Source: Oopsacas minuta (lineage: Eukaryota; Animalia; Porifera). From it: a DNA stretch of 64,000 bases. Location: contig JAKMXF010000024.1 in NCBI GenBank assembly GCA_024704765.1, positions 1 to 64,000 on the forward strand. The letters run 5' to 3'. Shown one piece after another: positions 37,501 to 50,800 of the stretch. Both the position numbers and the translations under genes were made by a program. The notes beneath the pieces were generated by a model that had not been told where the DNA came from, did no database searches, and saw nothing but the letters and a program-made list of their open reading frames with translations. Each line of letters starts with the position of its first letter. Position 1 is the first letter of the stretch.

Positions 37501-40500
37501 TAAACTTCCTTAAATCCTTAATTGTGGTGTTTTCTGCATAATTATACTTATCATTCACATAAATATTACCACTATAAATATACATTATAAGAAAATTGAC
37601 CGAAATTGACCAATTAACTTAACGAGAATTGAATTGTCAGATTGCATGTATTCTAGATCAAATGACTGTTAAGCTCTAGGAAATAATGATTAACCCTATA
37701 GACTTTAACCCTATCTAATTACCATTACAATTACGATACTTGTATCAGGCTTCTAGGATGCTACTTCTTGCAAACCTCACTAGAAGTACAAGCTATGTAA
37801 CTCATACTTGTTTTTCTGGGGACAAATTATATGACATGATCCAATATACGCATTTATTTACACTCAATCTATCGAATTGAAAATAGTACCTAATAGTTAA
37901 ATTCCAAAGTCCATTAATGTAACTATTATACAAAACCCCAGAAAAGCTCCCAGAATACTAACATAGTCTCAATGCAATAGATAAGTATATAAGCCAGTGA
38001 ATAGAAAGATTTTATCAAATTCATAATTTTTAACAATCTTGAAATTGTAATATATTTTTGATTCTGCCTGAATTCACGAAAATGCAATCCCTTTTTTATT
38101 TATTCTTGTTGGTAACAGTTTTTAACTTTTCTTTCGTTTACGGTAACAAAGTCAATTGCTTTGGTTTTCAAACTTGTCGTAATGGTATTTGTATTGAAGG
38201 TCCAGAATGCGCTTGTGATGAAGGATTTTATGGAGATTTTTGTGATTACAGAAATGTTGATATTTCTGAATCAAATAAATGTGAGAATGTTCCCGGAGCT
38301 ACTATGCTAGACTGCAAAAATGAGGGTGTTTGTATTGCTTTCGGTACAATGTCATTTTGTGCATGTATTAAAACAGAATTCACTGGTCCATTATGTCAAT
38401 ACAATCGTACTTGTGAGTCAACTTGTCTGCGAGATGATATAAATGGTAGGCCATATTGTCCAGCTGGAAAGACTCGATTGTATGAATCTTGTCAAGATAA
38501 CGGTCTGCAATCTACAACGATGTTTGTTTCCGAACTAACCTCTGAACTCCCTGAAATCACCAATCCTGCTGCTACTACTACAACTGGCACTAGCGTTAAT
38601 GTATTCAATAATTTCACTCGCAATAACGAGACTTTGAGTGAAGAAGTATTCATAATAATTCTTGTTTCAGTCAATGTAGTATTTCTACTGATAATATTCG
38701 TGATATCAATCAGTCTATTCTGTGTTATCTGTTTCGTTGTAAGAGCTATGAATCGTAAGAATAAAAAACCAGGATTTCCATCTCGTCGTTTTGACCCAGA
38801 AGCACGTTCTACTCTACCAGCACCAAATGCAATCTCTACTTCAATTCAAGCCCCTTCCGTCCCAACAAATGAGTATGAAGCACCTTATGACTGTCTACCT
38901 AGAGTACAAGCTGCTCGACCTTACGAAATACCCAGACAACCAATGCGGGTACCGATCTCCATTCAACGGAACCGTTTTCCTGACACATATCGCGTTAACA
39001 ACCACACTTACTCTATTCACAGTAATATATCTGGTATGTACTTTCAAATACAAGAATTCCATGACAACAATGACGAAGCTATAGCTCCTAGTTATGCTGT
39101 AATTGTTCCTAGTGCGAAAGATAGGGAGAGTAAAGTTAATGGTTGTACAGGTAGCTCTTTGAGGAAGAAGACTCCCCCGCCTATTGCTCCTAAGCCTACA
39201 CAATCCCCTATGACATACTGGGAGCCAGGGAAGGACTTTCCATCTCTCTTTGATCAAATGCATCGATCTCGTTACAAGGAAATTAAGCCAGAAAATCTGA
39301 AACTATTCAATTTAGTCGGAAAAGGTGAATTTGGAGATGTTTGGAAAGGTACACTAGAGACACCAATTGGTGAGATACCAGTAGCGATCAAACTATTGAA
39401 TGAATCCCTAGGAAAACAAGAGAACATATCCTTCCTACAAGAAGCAGCAATAATAGGCCAGTTTAATCACGTGAATGTCTTGAAGCTTATAGGTGTAGTA
39501 ACCCTTTCTGAACCAAAGTTAATAATATCAGAGCTAATGGAAATACAACTGAGAGACTATCTTATTAATCTCAGAAAGAGGGCATCACTTCCTTTTGGTG
39601 AAATCTCTGGTATTTTCCTTGGATTTTGTAGAGGTATTGCACTGGGTATGTCATACCTTTCACAGAAAGGATTCATCCATCGTGATCTTGCTGCTAGAAA
39701 TATTCTGCTTGATACGCAGAATGAGTGTAAAATTGCGGATTTTGGCATGACTCGACGCTTAATGGATTCCGATTATTACAAAATGAATGACACAGCTGTA
39801 ATCCCTTTGAAATGGTCAGCACCTGAATCTGTGTTTTTTAAGAAATTCCATTCAAAGAGTGATGTTTGGAGCTTTGCAATGGTTCTATTCGAAATTTGGA
39901 GTTTAGGCTCGAAACCATGGCCTTTTGATAAACTCAATTCAGTCGTGAACAAACTCAATCAATCAATTTTACTACAACCTCCAACTGGTTGCCCTCGTGA
40001 CATATATATAATCATGGTTCTATGCTGGCACCCTGAGGCAGACAAACGTCCTTCCTTCACCGAATTGTGTAGAATGTTTAACGACACAAACATTGTCTCA
40101 CTACAACCTCCACCTGGCAATGATAAGAGCACTGTATTAGGTGAGGACCTATGCTATAGTGAAGATCTATACGAAGACCTACAATTCTCCTATAGAAAAC
40201 AAACTCAATGACTACATGTGGTTATGAACAATACAAATTTGTAACTTATATGTGAAATATTATAAGAATTGTTTTTATTGTAATTCATACTATTAATGCG
40301 AAAATGGAGTTTATTTTATTGGTTCAGAAAATTGGAAATAAACCTCATAGAATGTTCGTCATAAATATATTTTATAAGCAATAACGAGGAATTTTCTGAG
40401 GAATATTACTTTTGAGGGCAAATATTGTGTACATTCTAAAGATTCGAATATTCAGCTTTATAGCCGCTAAAATTATGGTTCTAGTTATTATTATCCTCCC

Positions 40501-43500
40501 TTTCTCGATGAGATCTCACGACAAATAGGTGAAAATCATAATAATAACATGTATAGCTATAGCATTCTATACACTAAGGCAGCGGTTTCCAACCTGGGGT
40601 CTATGTACCCCTTGGTGATCCACGGACGATAGAAGGGGTCCACAGTCTATGGGAGGGGTTCCACGAGATATGTTAAAGTTGGTATAGGGGGTCCACGGCT
40701 GATAAAGATTGGGAACCGCTGCACTAGGGCAATAATCATCCGCTGAGATTTTATTCTAGAGCTATGTATGTACCAGGAAATAATTGAACTTGTAAACAAT
40801 TGAATATCAGCTTTGTAATTCTATTTTACACAATTCTATAATTGGAATGCTTTTTAGTTATTTCTTAATTATATTCATCCGTCACATCTTGAAATTACCT
40901 TATCAATTTCTTGTTGGCTACACACTTCTGCTGAAAACTAATCATATATTATTGCAGCATTATCTTATCAACTACAATACCAATATTGGTTGTAGGTATT
41001 AGCTGATTCAAGCTCTCCTACTCATCATGTTATTGATACCACAAAAATGAGATTAACCTTCAACAATAACATTCAATGTTTGCGAAACTCCTTATTAGGT
41101 TATGTCGTTCTGTACTTTACTACTCCTCAAGTATAATTTGTTTTAATGATATTGCATCCATAAACTTCCTTTCGATTGTACAATATTTTAGTTTTCGCAG
41201 GTTTTTAGGATGTTGAATAAACTCTAATTATTTATGAATTATGTCATAATTAATATTTCACGTAAAATACTCTGAAATATGATGTAGTACATTTTAATGG
41301 TTATTGAAGCATTTGGCAATAATTTTCATTGGAATTTACATTTTTGTTGTTTTATTTCTTACAAAGAATTTATCATAGTAATCTTCCTCAAAGTTGATAT
41401 AACCCTCAGCAAAAGCAAATGTGTCGAGTTTCAATTGTTTATTAATAATTGCGAAATTTGAGCTTAAACCGAAGTGAATTCTATGATTCGTCGTATAAAT
41501 TGGCATACAGGTAGATCTGGTTTTACACCCATTTTTTCAACAATTACATTACACGAAGTTGTCTTTCTACTATAAATATTTTTACACAATTTATTATCTT
41601 TCAAAATATTCTACATTGAGAAGGTAGCTGACAAAAACACGAGGGACGATACCCGTATGATTTCTAATGGAATTACCATTTTATGTAAGAACTGTGACCA
41701 TTCCTTATATAGTCATAGATTTTTACTGGCGCCTCCTGGACGGTAATTATATATATCAACAATATATTAATTACTCTAAATCATCACAAATTGAATCATT
41801 AATATTCCCATTACATCGATTACGCAAATACTAGAGTAGTAGGCACACAGGACAATATACCACCCTTTCTATAATGTAAGCACATTTTCAAGGTAATTCC
41901 GATAAAAGCACCAAGTAAGGGTAGTTAATATTATAAGGCCGAATAACCATAATTAGTTCGTGTGCCAGTAAGAGGCGTGTTTGATTCTTTTTTGAATAAT
42001 TTTTAATAATCACATTTGATAATACATAGAATTACGTACGATGATTTTTTAAGGGATACTCTTTTGCCCAATAGCTATTTGAAATTCCCCAAATTCTTTC
42101 CAAGAGTCCAAATATTTTCCATTCTTTTGATTCTTACCGTTCCAAATTTTGATATTAATCTGACATAATGCGGTGAAATTTGATAATTTTTCACTATTCT
42201 GTAATTATTAATAATTATATCTTACCTTGTCACTTGCTTATAATATGAATTAATATTAATATATTTACCATGTAAGTTCGAATTTATTGACCTTAGCTCA
42301 CTATTCATATTCTAATTGGTTAAATGATTAATTATTAATCAATTCTGTTTCATAGAATTCCATTATCTACTTTCGCATTATTTCATGATATATTATAGAT
42401 TTAATGAGAGACAATTTGATTCAATAATCACAGATTCTTCAGGCGATATTGAAGCTGAAGAAGTGTACGGTCCCATAGATGAAGAAGAAGAAGAGAGATT
42501 ATACTTTGAATCTATAGCAAACAAAAAATCAAATGCTGATACAATATTTACTCCACCAAGATCAGTTAAACAGGTTAAACCTGATAATTCAGTTATTCTA
42601 ATAGAAGATACTGTTGAGCTGTTATTAGCAGGTAGTATTGATAATAAGGAGCATGTTGAGGCGAGCTTCTCTCTTGGCATGGATGAATGGTTAGGTGATC
42701 TTGAAGTATTTGATTCTATTGAGGAGCATAAGCAATTAATTGTAGACAAAGATAATAGTTCGAAAGTGAACATATCTCCTCCTGAAAATCCGACATTTTC
42801 GCTTGGTGAGTAATTTGTATGAAATTCCATATTATTGCAACTGGGAACTCAGTTAGTACGTACTCGGCTTATGACTTACTTTTCTCCAATACGGTTTTTC
42901 TATTTTAGTACTAATTGTATAGGAAGAATATTCGGATAAGACGTACTTGGTTTAGAACATATTACTAAATTTTGTTTCCTGAAGGGCTACGTCTTATCCG
43001 ATTTCTACTATACCATAATTGGATATATTAATTGTTATATTTAATATTAGTAATTATTGAAGGAAAATGTCAGGGTAATTTCACAATACGGCTAACCTCA
43101 CTATATATTCATATCTGTATTGAGGAGTTAAGATAATTAGTCAAATGTTAAGCTAATCAGAATTTGGATTGTTGTCATTATACTATAATGATTATTCCTG
43201 ATTTATATTGAATCATCATTTATATGCAAATGTACATCTAATTTTATGTTAAACAATCATTCGAATGCTGACTCATTAGGAATGGATGACTGGTGGGAAG
43301 ATATTGCTCCCAAAGATCTTGATACTGATTTTCTAACTAACAACCAACCCACAAGCCCTCCTACTGAACCCTTTAGTAAACCTTCAACACTGTCCCTTTC
43401 AACAACAACAACAACTTCTACTCCTGTGCTCTCCACACCAAAAGAACTTACGCAACCTACACAATTATTGCCTACATCACCATCTCCAATATGTTTACCT

Positions 43501-44283
43501 AGAAAATCTATTCAGATTGAATCATTTTCAAGTACATTTAATTCACCAATTTATTCAAACAAAACTACACACGCCGCTGTTATGACGTCATCTTTAAATG
43601 ACAGTGATTCTCCTCTTATAATATTCGCAGATAGTCGTGAGGTGTCTGGCTCTCAAATCCTCTCTTCTCTACGTATTAAACATAATATTATTATACAAGT
43701 ATACTCGCTTAAACAATGTAGTTATGTAGTTAGCTCGAGGATGGCAGTTGATCGACAAAACTTTTCAGATTTATCACAGCCAAATTCGACTCAGAAAATA
43801 ATCGACAGAGCTCGTAGTATGTGTGAGTTATATGAGAGAGGTAGTATTATCATTGAAAAAGACCGTTTCAATGCAAAATTACATGGAGCTATAAAACCCT
43901 GTGTATTATCAAGGAATCAGTTGTTCCTTTCGAATCTAGCTAGATTATGTAAATCTAGACTATCAGTTTTGTATAGTGGATCTGAACAGAATACTATTGA
44001 CATTCTTGTTTCTTTGTCGAAAAAAGAAGCGAAGCGAGGTCATAAGATTATCGGATCTCTTACACAAATTGACACGTCCCTTTTCAAATTCCTATGTTGT
44101 ATCCCTAGGATTAATCCACCAGTTGCCTTAGGTTTGGCAACTTATCTACGAAATCTTGATCAACTATCTTCTATCACTCCAGAGGAATTGAAGAAGAATT
44201 GTCATGGAATTACAAAGGAACAAATTGACTCAATCCAAAAGATATTTGCACATCGTTTCAGATCATTTGCTCTTGTTCAGTAG
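28517..44283 (+). CDS. FANCM: Fanconi anemia group M DNA translocase, 11 exons, ~1705 aa
   Basis: Exons 28517-28658, 29035-29312, 29963-30283, 31078-31314, 31517-31840, 32305-32734, 34001-34486, 34889-35147, 35612-36841, 42399-42805 and 43280-44283; all GT-AG and phase-consistent (5118 nt). Motifs [33 protein letters not shown] and QRMGRTGR, then a C-terminal ERCC4-like domain and HhH. Confidence 0.93.
28726..28900 (+). mobile_element. Tc1/pogo-type MITE, family B (FANCM intron 1)
   Basis: Begins CAGTCAATTCCAGTTATATCGCAGCTCAAGGGACCGCG, shared with 61999. Imperfect 3' TIR GTTCGATATAACAGG. Confidence 0.7.
32881..32920. repeat. Dispersed repeat shared between FANCM intron 6 and DHX9 intron 1
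   Basis: TCGTATTTGCATGGATTTCTTTGCTAATACGCGAATT is close to the reverse complement of 55370-55408 (TCGTATTTTCACGAATTTCCCTTGCTAATACGCAAACTC). Confidence 0.55.
35293..35380. mobile_element. PIF/Harbinger-like MITE (FANCM intron 8), same family as 707-853
   Basis: TIRs AGGGTCCGTTCAAACATTATGTAACG ... CGTTATGTAACGTTTGAACAGCCCC. The internal AAAATTTGACC is shared with the 707 copy in the opposite orientation. Confidence 0.65.
38082..40211 (+). CDS. Receptor tyrosine kinase (signal peptide, 2 EGF, S/T stalk, TM, Eph-like kinase), intronless, nested in FANCM intron 9
   Basis: Signal peptide [21 protein letters not shown], two 6-Cys EGF repeats and a TM helix VFIIILV...CFVV. Kinase motifs [33 protein letters not shown] and SDVWSF are all intact. 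Confidence 0.93.
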   Translation: MQSLFYLFLLVTVFNFSFVYGNKVNCFGFQTCRNGICIEGPECACDEGFYGDFCDYRNVDISESNKCENVPGATMLDCKNEGVCIAFGTMSFCACIKTEFTGPLCQYNRTCESTCLRDDINGRPYCPAGKTRLYESCQDNGLQSTTMFVSELTSELPEITNPAATTTTGTSVNVFNNFTRNNETLSEEVFIIILVSVNVVFLLIIFVISISLFCVICFVVRAMNRKNKKPGFPSRRFDPEARSTLPAPNAISTSIQAPSVPTNEYEAPYDCLPRVQAARPYEIPRQPMRVPISIQRNRFPDTYRVNNHTYSIHSNISGMYFQIQEFHDNNDEAIAPSYAVIVPSAKDRESKVNGCTGSSLRKKTPPPIAPKPTQSPMTYWEPGKDFPSLFDQMHRSRYKEIKPENLKLFNLVGKGEFGDVWKGTLETPIGEIPVAIKLLNESLGKQENISFLQEAAIIGQFNHVNVLKLIGVVTLSEPKLIISELMEIQLRDYLINLRKRASLPFGEISGIFLGFCRGIALGMSYLSQKGFIHRDLAARNILLDTQNECKIADFGMTRRLMDSDYYKMNDTAVIPLKWSAPESVFFKKFHSKSDVWSFAMVLFEIWSLGSKPWPFDKLNSVVNKLNQSILLQPPTGCPRDIYIIMVLCWHPEADKRPSFTELCRMFNDTNIVSLQPPPGNDKSTVLGEDLCYSEDLYEDLQFSYRKQTQ
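40580..40721. mobile_element. hAT (Charlie-like) MITE
   Basis: TIRs CAGCGGTTTCCAACCT ... AGATTGGGAACCGCTG. The 8-bp TSD CACTAAGG / CACTAGGG has one mismatch. Confidence 0.85.
42841..43010 (+). mobile_element. Tc1/pogo-type MITE, family A (FANCM intron 10)
   Basis: 5' GGAACTCAGTTAGTACGTAC, internal GGATAAGACGTAC, 3' TACGTCTTATCCGATTTCTACT followed by TA. Confidence 0.7.
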
Positions 44284-44821
44284 AGAGATCTGTTGACCTC
44301 AATTATAAGATAATTCATTAATGTGAATATGTTTTCTGTAGTTTATTTTGCGTCATGTCTGCATGATTATCAAGCTTTGAATAGTAAATGAAATTACACA
44401 ACTGGCCGATCTTGATTTCTTCCACAGAATTTGCTCATGTTATTTCAATATGTTCCGAGTTGCATATAGAATTTCGTATTCTGAATAGTTTGGGAAAACA
44501 GTTAGTTTTGACACTCAAGTTTATGAAAGTTTATTAGACTATAACTTTGTCTATACAGTGAGCTACAATCATACATATCCAGTTGAACCTTCATAAACCT
44601 GCACTCGTTTGGACATGAAATTTTGTCGGTTTAGCAAATGGTCGGATTGTGCAGGTGAATATGTATTTTCGCAAGGCCATTCAGATCAGAAATACTGTCG
44701 GTTTATACAGGTTCCACCCAATGTATATATACATTTGTATAAATTTTTTGTTTACTAATATACCGGTAACTAGTTTAACTAGCCAAAAGTTCCCTACCAT
44801 TATAATTTTAGTAGAATTAAC

Positions 44822-47800
44822 ATGTGTGATGCAAGAGTAGTCCCTAATATTATAACACATGTAGAGATAGACAAGGTATCTCTCTCCTTCTACTCTGATG
44901 AAGAAATCAAGAAACTCAGTGTACAGAAGATATACAATCCTGTAATATTTGATTCTCTGCTCTACCCATTACCAGGAGGAGCACATGATTCAGCATTAGG
45001 TCCAATGGACAATAACGAATCATGTGTAACATGTGGACTACGTGCTTCCTTCTGTCCAGGACATTTCGGACATATTCAACTACCTTTGATAGTGTATAAC
45101 CCAGTCATGTTCCATCTCTTGTATAAATTATTGAAAAAGAGTTGTTTCGTCTGTCACCGTTTCCTATTCAAATCTCCACTTGATGTGATTATGCTTGAAG
45201 GCAAGTTGAGGCTTGCTTCTGCAGGTTTTGTACCTGAAGCTATACAGTTAGAAGAAATAATTTTAAGCGAGGAAATGAAGGAATCTAATCCTGATAATAT
45301 CCAGGAAGCAATTGATCTTATTATAGCAGATAAGTTAGGAGATACTGAGGAAATAGATGAGAGAGAAACACGTCACGTAAAACAGTACAAGAATACTCTG
45401 ATTAACGATCTGTTACGCGCCTCGGGGGCTGCTACAACCTGTAAAAACTGTGAAGCACCTGTTCGTGTTGTGAGACAAGATTTCTGTTCTAAATTCTCAC
45501 TAATGCCTTTGTCTGGTAGAAAAGTTAAGAGATATTTGGATGCCTGGGATAAAGTCCATACTAATTCGTTAGATAATTCTGATATGACAGATCAAGAGGA
45601 AGAAGAGCTGTTAATTTCACGAAAAGAAATCGATATGAAATGGTGCACTACGAATGTCCTCATTACTCCATTGGAGGTGAGAGAACATATGCAACAGTTG
45701 TGGCAATCGGAGACTAGTTTAATAAACGCGCTTTTTAACGGTTATTCTAAGTCAAATGCAGGTCAAAAATTTGACCATAGTATTTTCTTCCTGTCAATAT
45801 TACCAGTTACTCCAAGTAATTGTAGACCCATGGCTCATTTTAACGGACAGTCATACGAGGGCCCACAAACTGCCAATATTAAGAACATTCTCATTCGTGT
45901 TACAGAGATGCAAAAAGCAATGAAAGACTTGAAAGAGAAAGAAGATAAAACAACCAAAGATTACGAGCAATTTCAATATATTTGGGGACAATTACAGAAT
46001 TCTGTGAATGGATTCTTCGACTCAGATTTGAATTATATAAGAACACAGAAAATATCTACAGGAATTCGTCAATTATTAGAACATAAACAGGGATTATTCA
46101 GACAGCACATGATGGGGAAACGAGTTGACTACTCAGCTCGATCTGTTATATCCCCAGACTTGAATATAGACGTTGACGAAATAGGAATTCCAATGGTATT
46201 TGCTACAAACTTGACTTTTCCTGAACCTGTGACGCCTTGGAATGTGAAACATCTGAGACAGGCTATTGTAAACGGGCCTCTTGTACATCCAGGTGCAACA
46301 CATGTTGAAGATTCTGACGGAACACGTATCCTCCTAAACGCGAAAAATAAATCACAACGTGAAGCAATCGCTAGACAACTTTTAACACCATCCACACTCG
46401 GTAAGGCACAAGTCTCTAAGAAAGTACACAGACATTTACATAACGGAGATATCCTATTAGTAAATCGGCAACCTACTCTACATAGACCTTCTATTATGGC
46501 TCATAAAGCACGTGTATTATCCGATGAGAAGACATTACGACTACACTATGCTAACTGTAAGGCTTATAATGCAGATTTTGATGGTGATGAAATGAATATT
46601 CATTTACCACAGAACCAAATCGCTCGTTCTGAAGCTATCAATCTACTTTCTACACCACATCAATATCTAACACCAAAGGATGGGTCACCTTTAAGCGGAC
46701 TGATACAGGATCATGTTATTGGGGGTGTGTTGCTAACCATTAGAGGTAGAATGTTGGATGTACAATTATACCAGCAATTAGTCTACTCTGCACTACCTGA
46801 ATTCAATCATAGAATTATTCTAATCCCTCCCTGCCAGATTAAACCTAAAAAGAGATGGTCAGGGAAACAAGTCATATCCACTATCCTGATGAATTTACTA
46901 CCAAAAAGTGAAGAATTGATATCATTACAGGGTAAGACTAAAACAGGAAGTATGCTATGGAGTCAAGAACGGCACATGAGTGAAAATGAGGTGATTATTC
47001 AGAATGGAGAGCTTCTATGTGGAGTTCTGGATAAGAGCCAATTTGGTTCTTCTCAGTTTGGTCTTGTACATGGATGTCATGAGTTGTATGGGTCTGTTGT
47101 TTCTAGCAAGCTTTTGTCAGCTTTCGCGCGGTTATTCACAGTATTTCTACAGTACCATGGATTTACTATGGGCATACAAGATCTCCTATTGACTGAGGAA
47201 GGTGAGAAACTTCGCGATTCTATCCTGGCTAAATCAGAAACAGCTGGAATAACCGCGGCTAGAGAATTATTTTCTGCAGAAAATGACGATGAAGCGACTC
47301 TACGCGAAAAGTATAAACAGCTCTATCTAACTGGAGGCCCTTCTGCGAAAGTTCGAGCTGATATGGCATTCAAAAAGCAAGCCAATATAATCAACAACGA
47401 ACTGAACACAAAACTAAACACAATGTATCTGAAAGCCTTCCCACATAATGCATTACATTTAATGGTAGACGCTGGAGCTAAAGGATCAGCTGTTAATAGA
47501 CTACAGATATCGGCTTTACTCGGTCAGATAGAGTTAGAGGGTGCTAGACCTCCTCTCATGACGTCAGGACGCTCCTTACCCTGCTCAGAACCATACGACC
47601 TAAATTTGAAAGCAGGCGGTTTTGTGAGCGGCCGATTTTTAACTGGTATATCTCCACGCGAGTACTTCTTTCATTGCATGGCAGGTCGCGAAGGCCTAAT
47701 TGATACAGCTGTAAAGACAAGTCGTAGTGGATACTTACAGCGCTGTTTAGTGAAACATTTGGAGGGATTAAAGGTTAATTACGATCTGACTGTGAGAGAT

Positions 47801-50800
47801 AGCGATGGTTCTGTGATACAATTCTTGTATGGAGAAGATGGTATCAATCCTGAATACACGGCCTATTTAAATCCAGAACAGTTTAGATTTGTTACAAAAA
47901 ATATAACTGCGATGAATCGTAGGTTATTATCAGAATCAGCTGTTCCGCAACTTAAGCCAGGTTTGGCAAGGGAATATATTGACAAGATTAATGCGAAAGT
48001 TAGCAAGCGCGCTCGTAAGCTAAATAGCACTAATTCTGAGTATCTTTTGTGTAAAAGCAGTCAAGCTAATCCATTTCTAACCTTCTACAGTCAGTATAGT
48101 AAAGGATTTCGTATTGACTCTAGTCAAGATATAGAAATGCCAGAGTTAAACTATAGAAAGCTATGGCAATTAGCTGCAGTAGATCACTGGTATCATTTGA
48201 CTGAAGATGAGATGGATAGATATTACAAATATTCTCAAACTTGTTACGATACTGTGCAGAGTGTTTATCAACCTGATGTCCATATAGGTAAGTGTATTTA
48301 TAGTCTGTTGGTTATTTTGTATGAGAAATTTTATAGCAGGTACGTATAAATTATCTGTTCAATAGTCCATTCAGCCGAGTGTAAGCCCAGTAGGAATATT
48401 AAGGGCTGAGAGTGAAGTTATAATTCATTAACTCCTACAAACGTCAAAACGAAGCAGCAGTTTTGAGTTAGAAATAGTCAGCTAAATATGATTCTAGATA
48501 TTTATTTGTTGATTTATTTGTTGAAATTTCGTTACAGTGAGTGAAAATACTGACAATTTCTTTCTTTGGTATTTGTATATAAACTGTAACTTTTTCCCAA
48601 TATCGATTGGTGATAAGCAAATATGGGCGAATGCGAAGTATAATATTGATTTATACTGCATTACTCTAATTATTTAAAGGTAGCATATCTGAGAAAATGC
48701 AGTGTTTGATTTCAAACTATCTCTCCACTGAATTCGATACAACAGCTGACATAACTCCAGAAGAATTCCGCACATGTATGGAATTGAAGTATCTTAACTC
48801 TCTATGTCAGCCTGGAGATCCTGTGGGGCTGTTAGCAGCTCAGTCAATCGGGGAACCTTCTACACAGATGACACTAAATACATTTCATTTCGCAGGGCGT
48901 GGTGAAATGAACGTAACCCTAGGTATACCACGTTTGAGGGAAATTATTATGACTGCTTCTGGTAAGATAAGCACACCCTGTATTGAGATCCCGCTGTTGA
49001 AAGGACTTGATAAGAATATAGCGCAAGAAGTAGAGAGGTCTCTCAAGAAGATTACAGTTGAAGAAGTGCTAGAGAAGTTTGAAGTGTTTGATAGTATCGT
49101 TTCTGATGCCTCACACTCAAGGTATGTGATAAAGATACATCAACCTTTATATAATACTAATTTTCCCAGAATTACTAGTACGATTAATTTCTCTAATAAC
49201 CTATAGATAACCTCTATAAGAGGAGATTCGTGACCGCGAATATTCTGATACCCCCATTCTCCACTTTTAATTTTAACTGTTCTGTGAATGTCCTTCATCA
49301 ATTTATTCGAGTAATTTGAATTTGACCCAAAAGTTATGCTAGAACTTCACTTCAACCGTAATCAGGACATAGAGGTAACCGGGAATGTATATTCAAATTT
49401 TGATATTATTAAACTCAGGGATCCCGAAATTTTGGTGGCTGTTTGGTGTAATTTGTGAGGTCAGAGGGCTTAGCGCCCTCCTAAACAAAACATAAGAAAC
49501 TAACCCCGTGTCGGCTGGACACTTTTATGAACATAGGAATGATATGGAATACTAATTTATTCGCAAATAATCTCTGGGTAGGTAAGATTACAGAGTTAGA
49601 GTAAGTATCTAGTATACATTAGTTTACTGGGGAAGCCTAAATATACAAAACATGAGGGCTAACCTATAGTTTAATCCCTCAGGTAAATATAAAGTAAAGT
49701 TCACTGGTGAATCAGCTCATCTGATATCTCACATTTTCATCCTGCATATTTCCTGGATAATCTTCTGCCAGAAGGTCCGGATTGTTGTTATTATCATTTC
49801 TCATTGCTCCATACTCTGGAGTATCTGTTTCTTTGACTTCATCTAGATTTCGTAATTCATCCACGCAATTATAGAATGATTCATTATTGTCATTTCTGTA
49901 GAAATTAGCCCCTTGTGTTTGTTCGGCCTTTAGGAGTTTTAGCATTTTGCTATCCTTCCTAACAAAGTAAATGAAAATAATAATAATCACAAATATTAGA
50001 ATAACATTGGCAACCAACGAAATACCCATAAGAATAGCTGTTGGTATTATCCATTGAGATTCAGTTTGTATTGGAATACATGGAGATGTTTGATTTAGTT
50101 GAAGATTTCCTTGTGAATTGACGTTTGGACAAGAATAGTTAGAGATTGAAAGATTGAATCCGCCTTTACAAAGATAATTACTCTCCAAGAGATTAATGCA
50201 GCTTTCACCCATCAATTCGCATTCTACACCTTCCTCGCAATGAGTTTCGTTGTGCAGTTCGTGTCCATTTTGGCAATAACACTGATACGAACCAATCGTA
50301 TTTCTACACCCAAACTCACAGCCTCCATTCCATTCCTGACACTCATTAATATCATCACAATCATATCCATTACTAGCTAGTTCGTATCCTACGTCACACA
50401 CACAATAGTACGAACCATCTGTGTTCTCACAGGCCTGGGTACAATTGGTTACCTCTTCACACTCGTTGATATCTCCACATTGAATTATGGCATTCAATTC
50501 ATATCCTATGGGACAATCACAGAAATAGCTGTCTTCTGTATTCTGGCATATTTGATTAATTGGACAAGTATTAGACTTGTCGAAGCACTGAAGTGATTCA
50601 GATTGAGAGCAATTTACATACAGCTGGGGATTAGTAATATCCTCATGGAATACGTTATATGGTTCAAAACATTCTCCATAGTAAATACCTATGCCAAATT
50701 GAGATACACGTGACACCCACTCTAAATTACAGTCACATGTAAGTGGATTGTCTACATATAGATTAATTAGTGAGTTCATTTGTTGGAAAATAATCGAGTC

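Noticed and set aside
9307-47192. Many short ORFs overlapping real genes (e.g. 9307, 9512, 9706, 25433, 26078, 27068, 36107, 38492, 38895, 42393, 46129, 47004)
   Set aside because: Antisense or off-frame shadows of long coding regions, with no motifs of their own.
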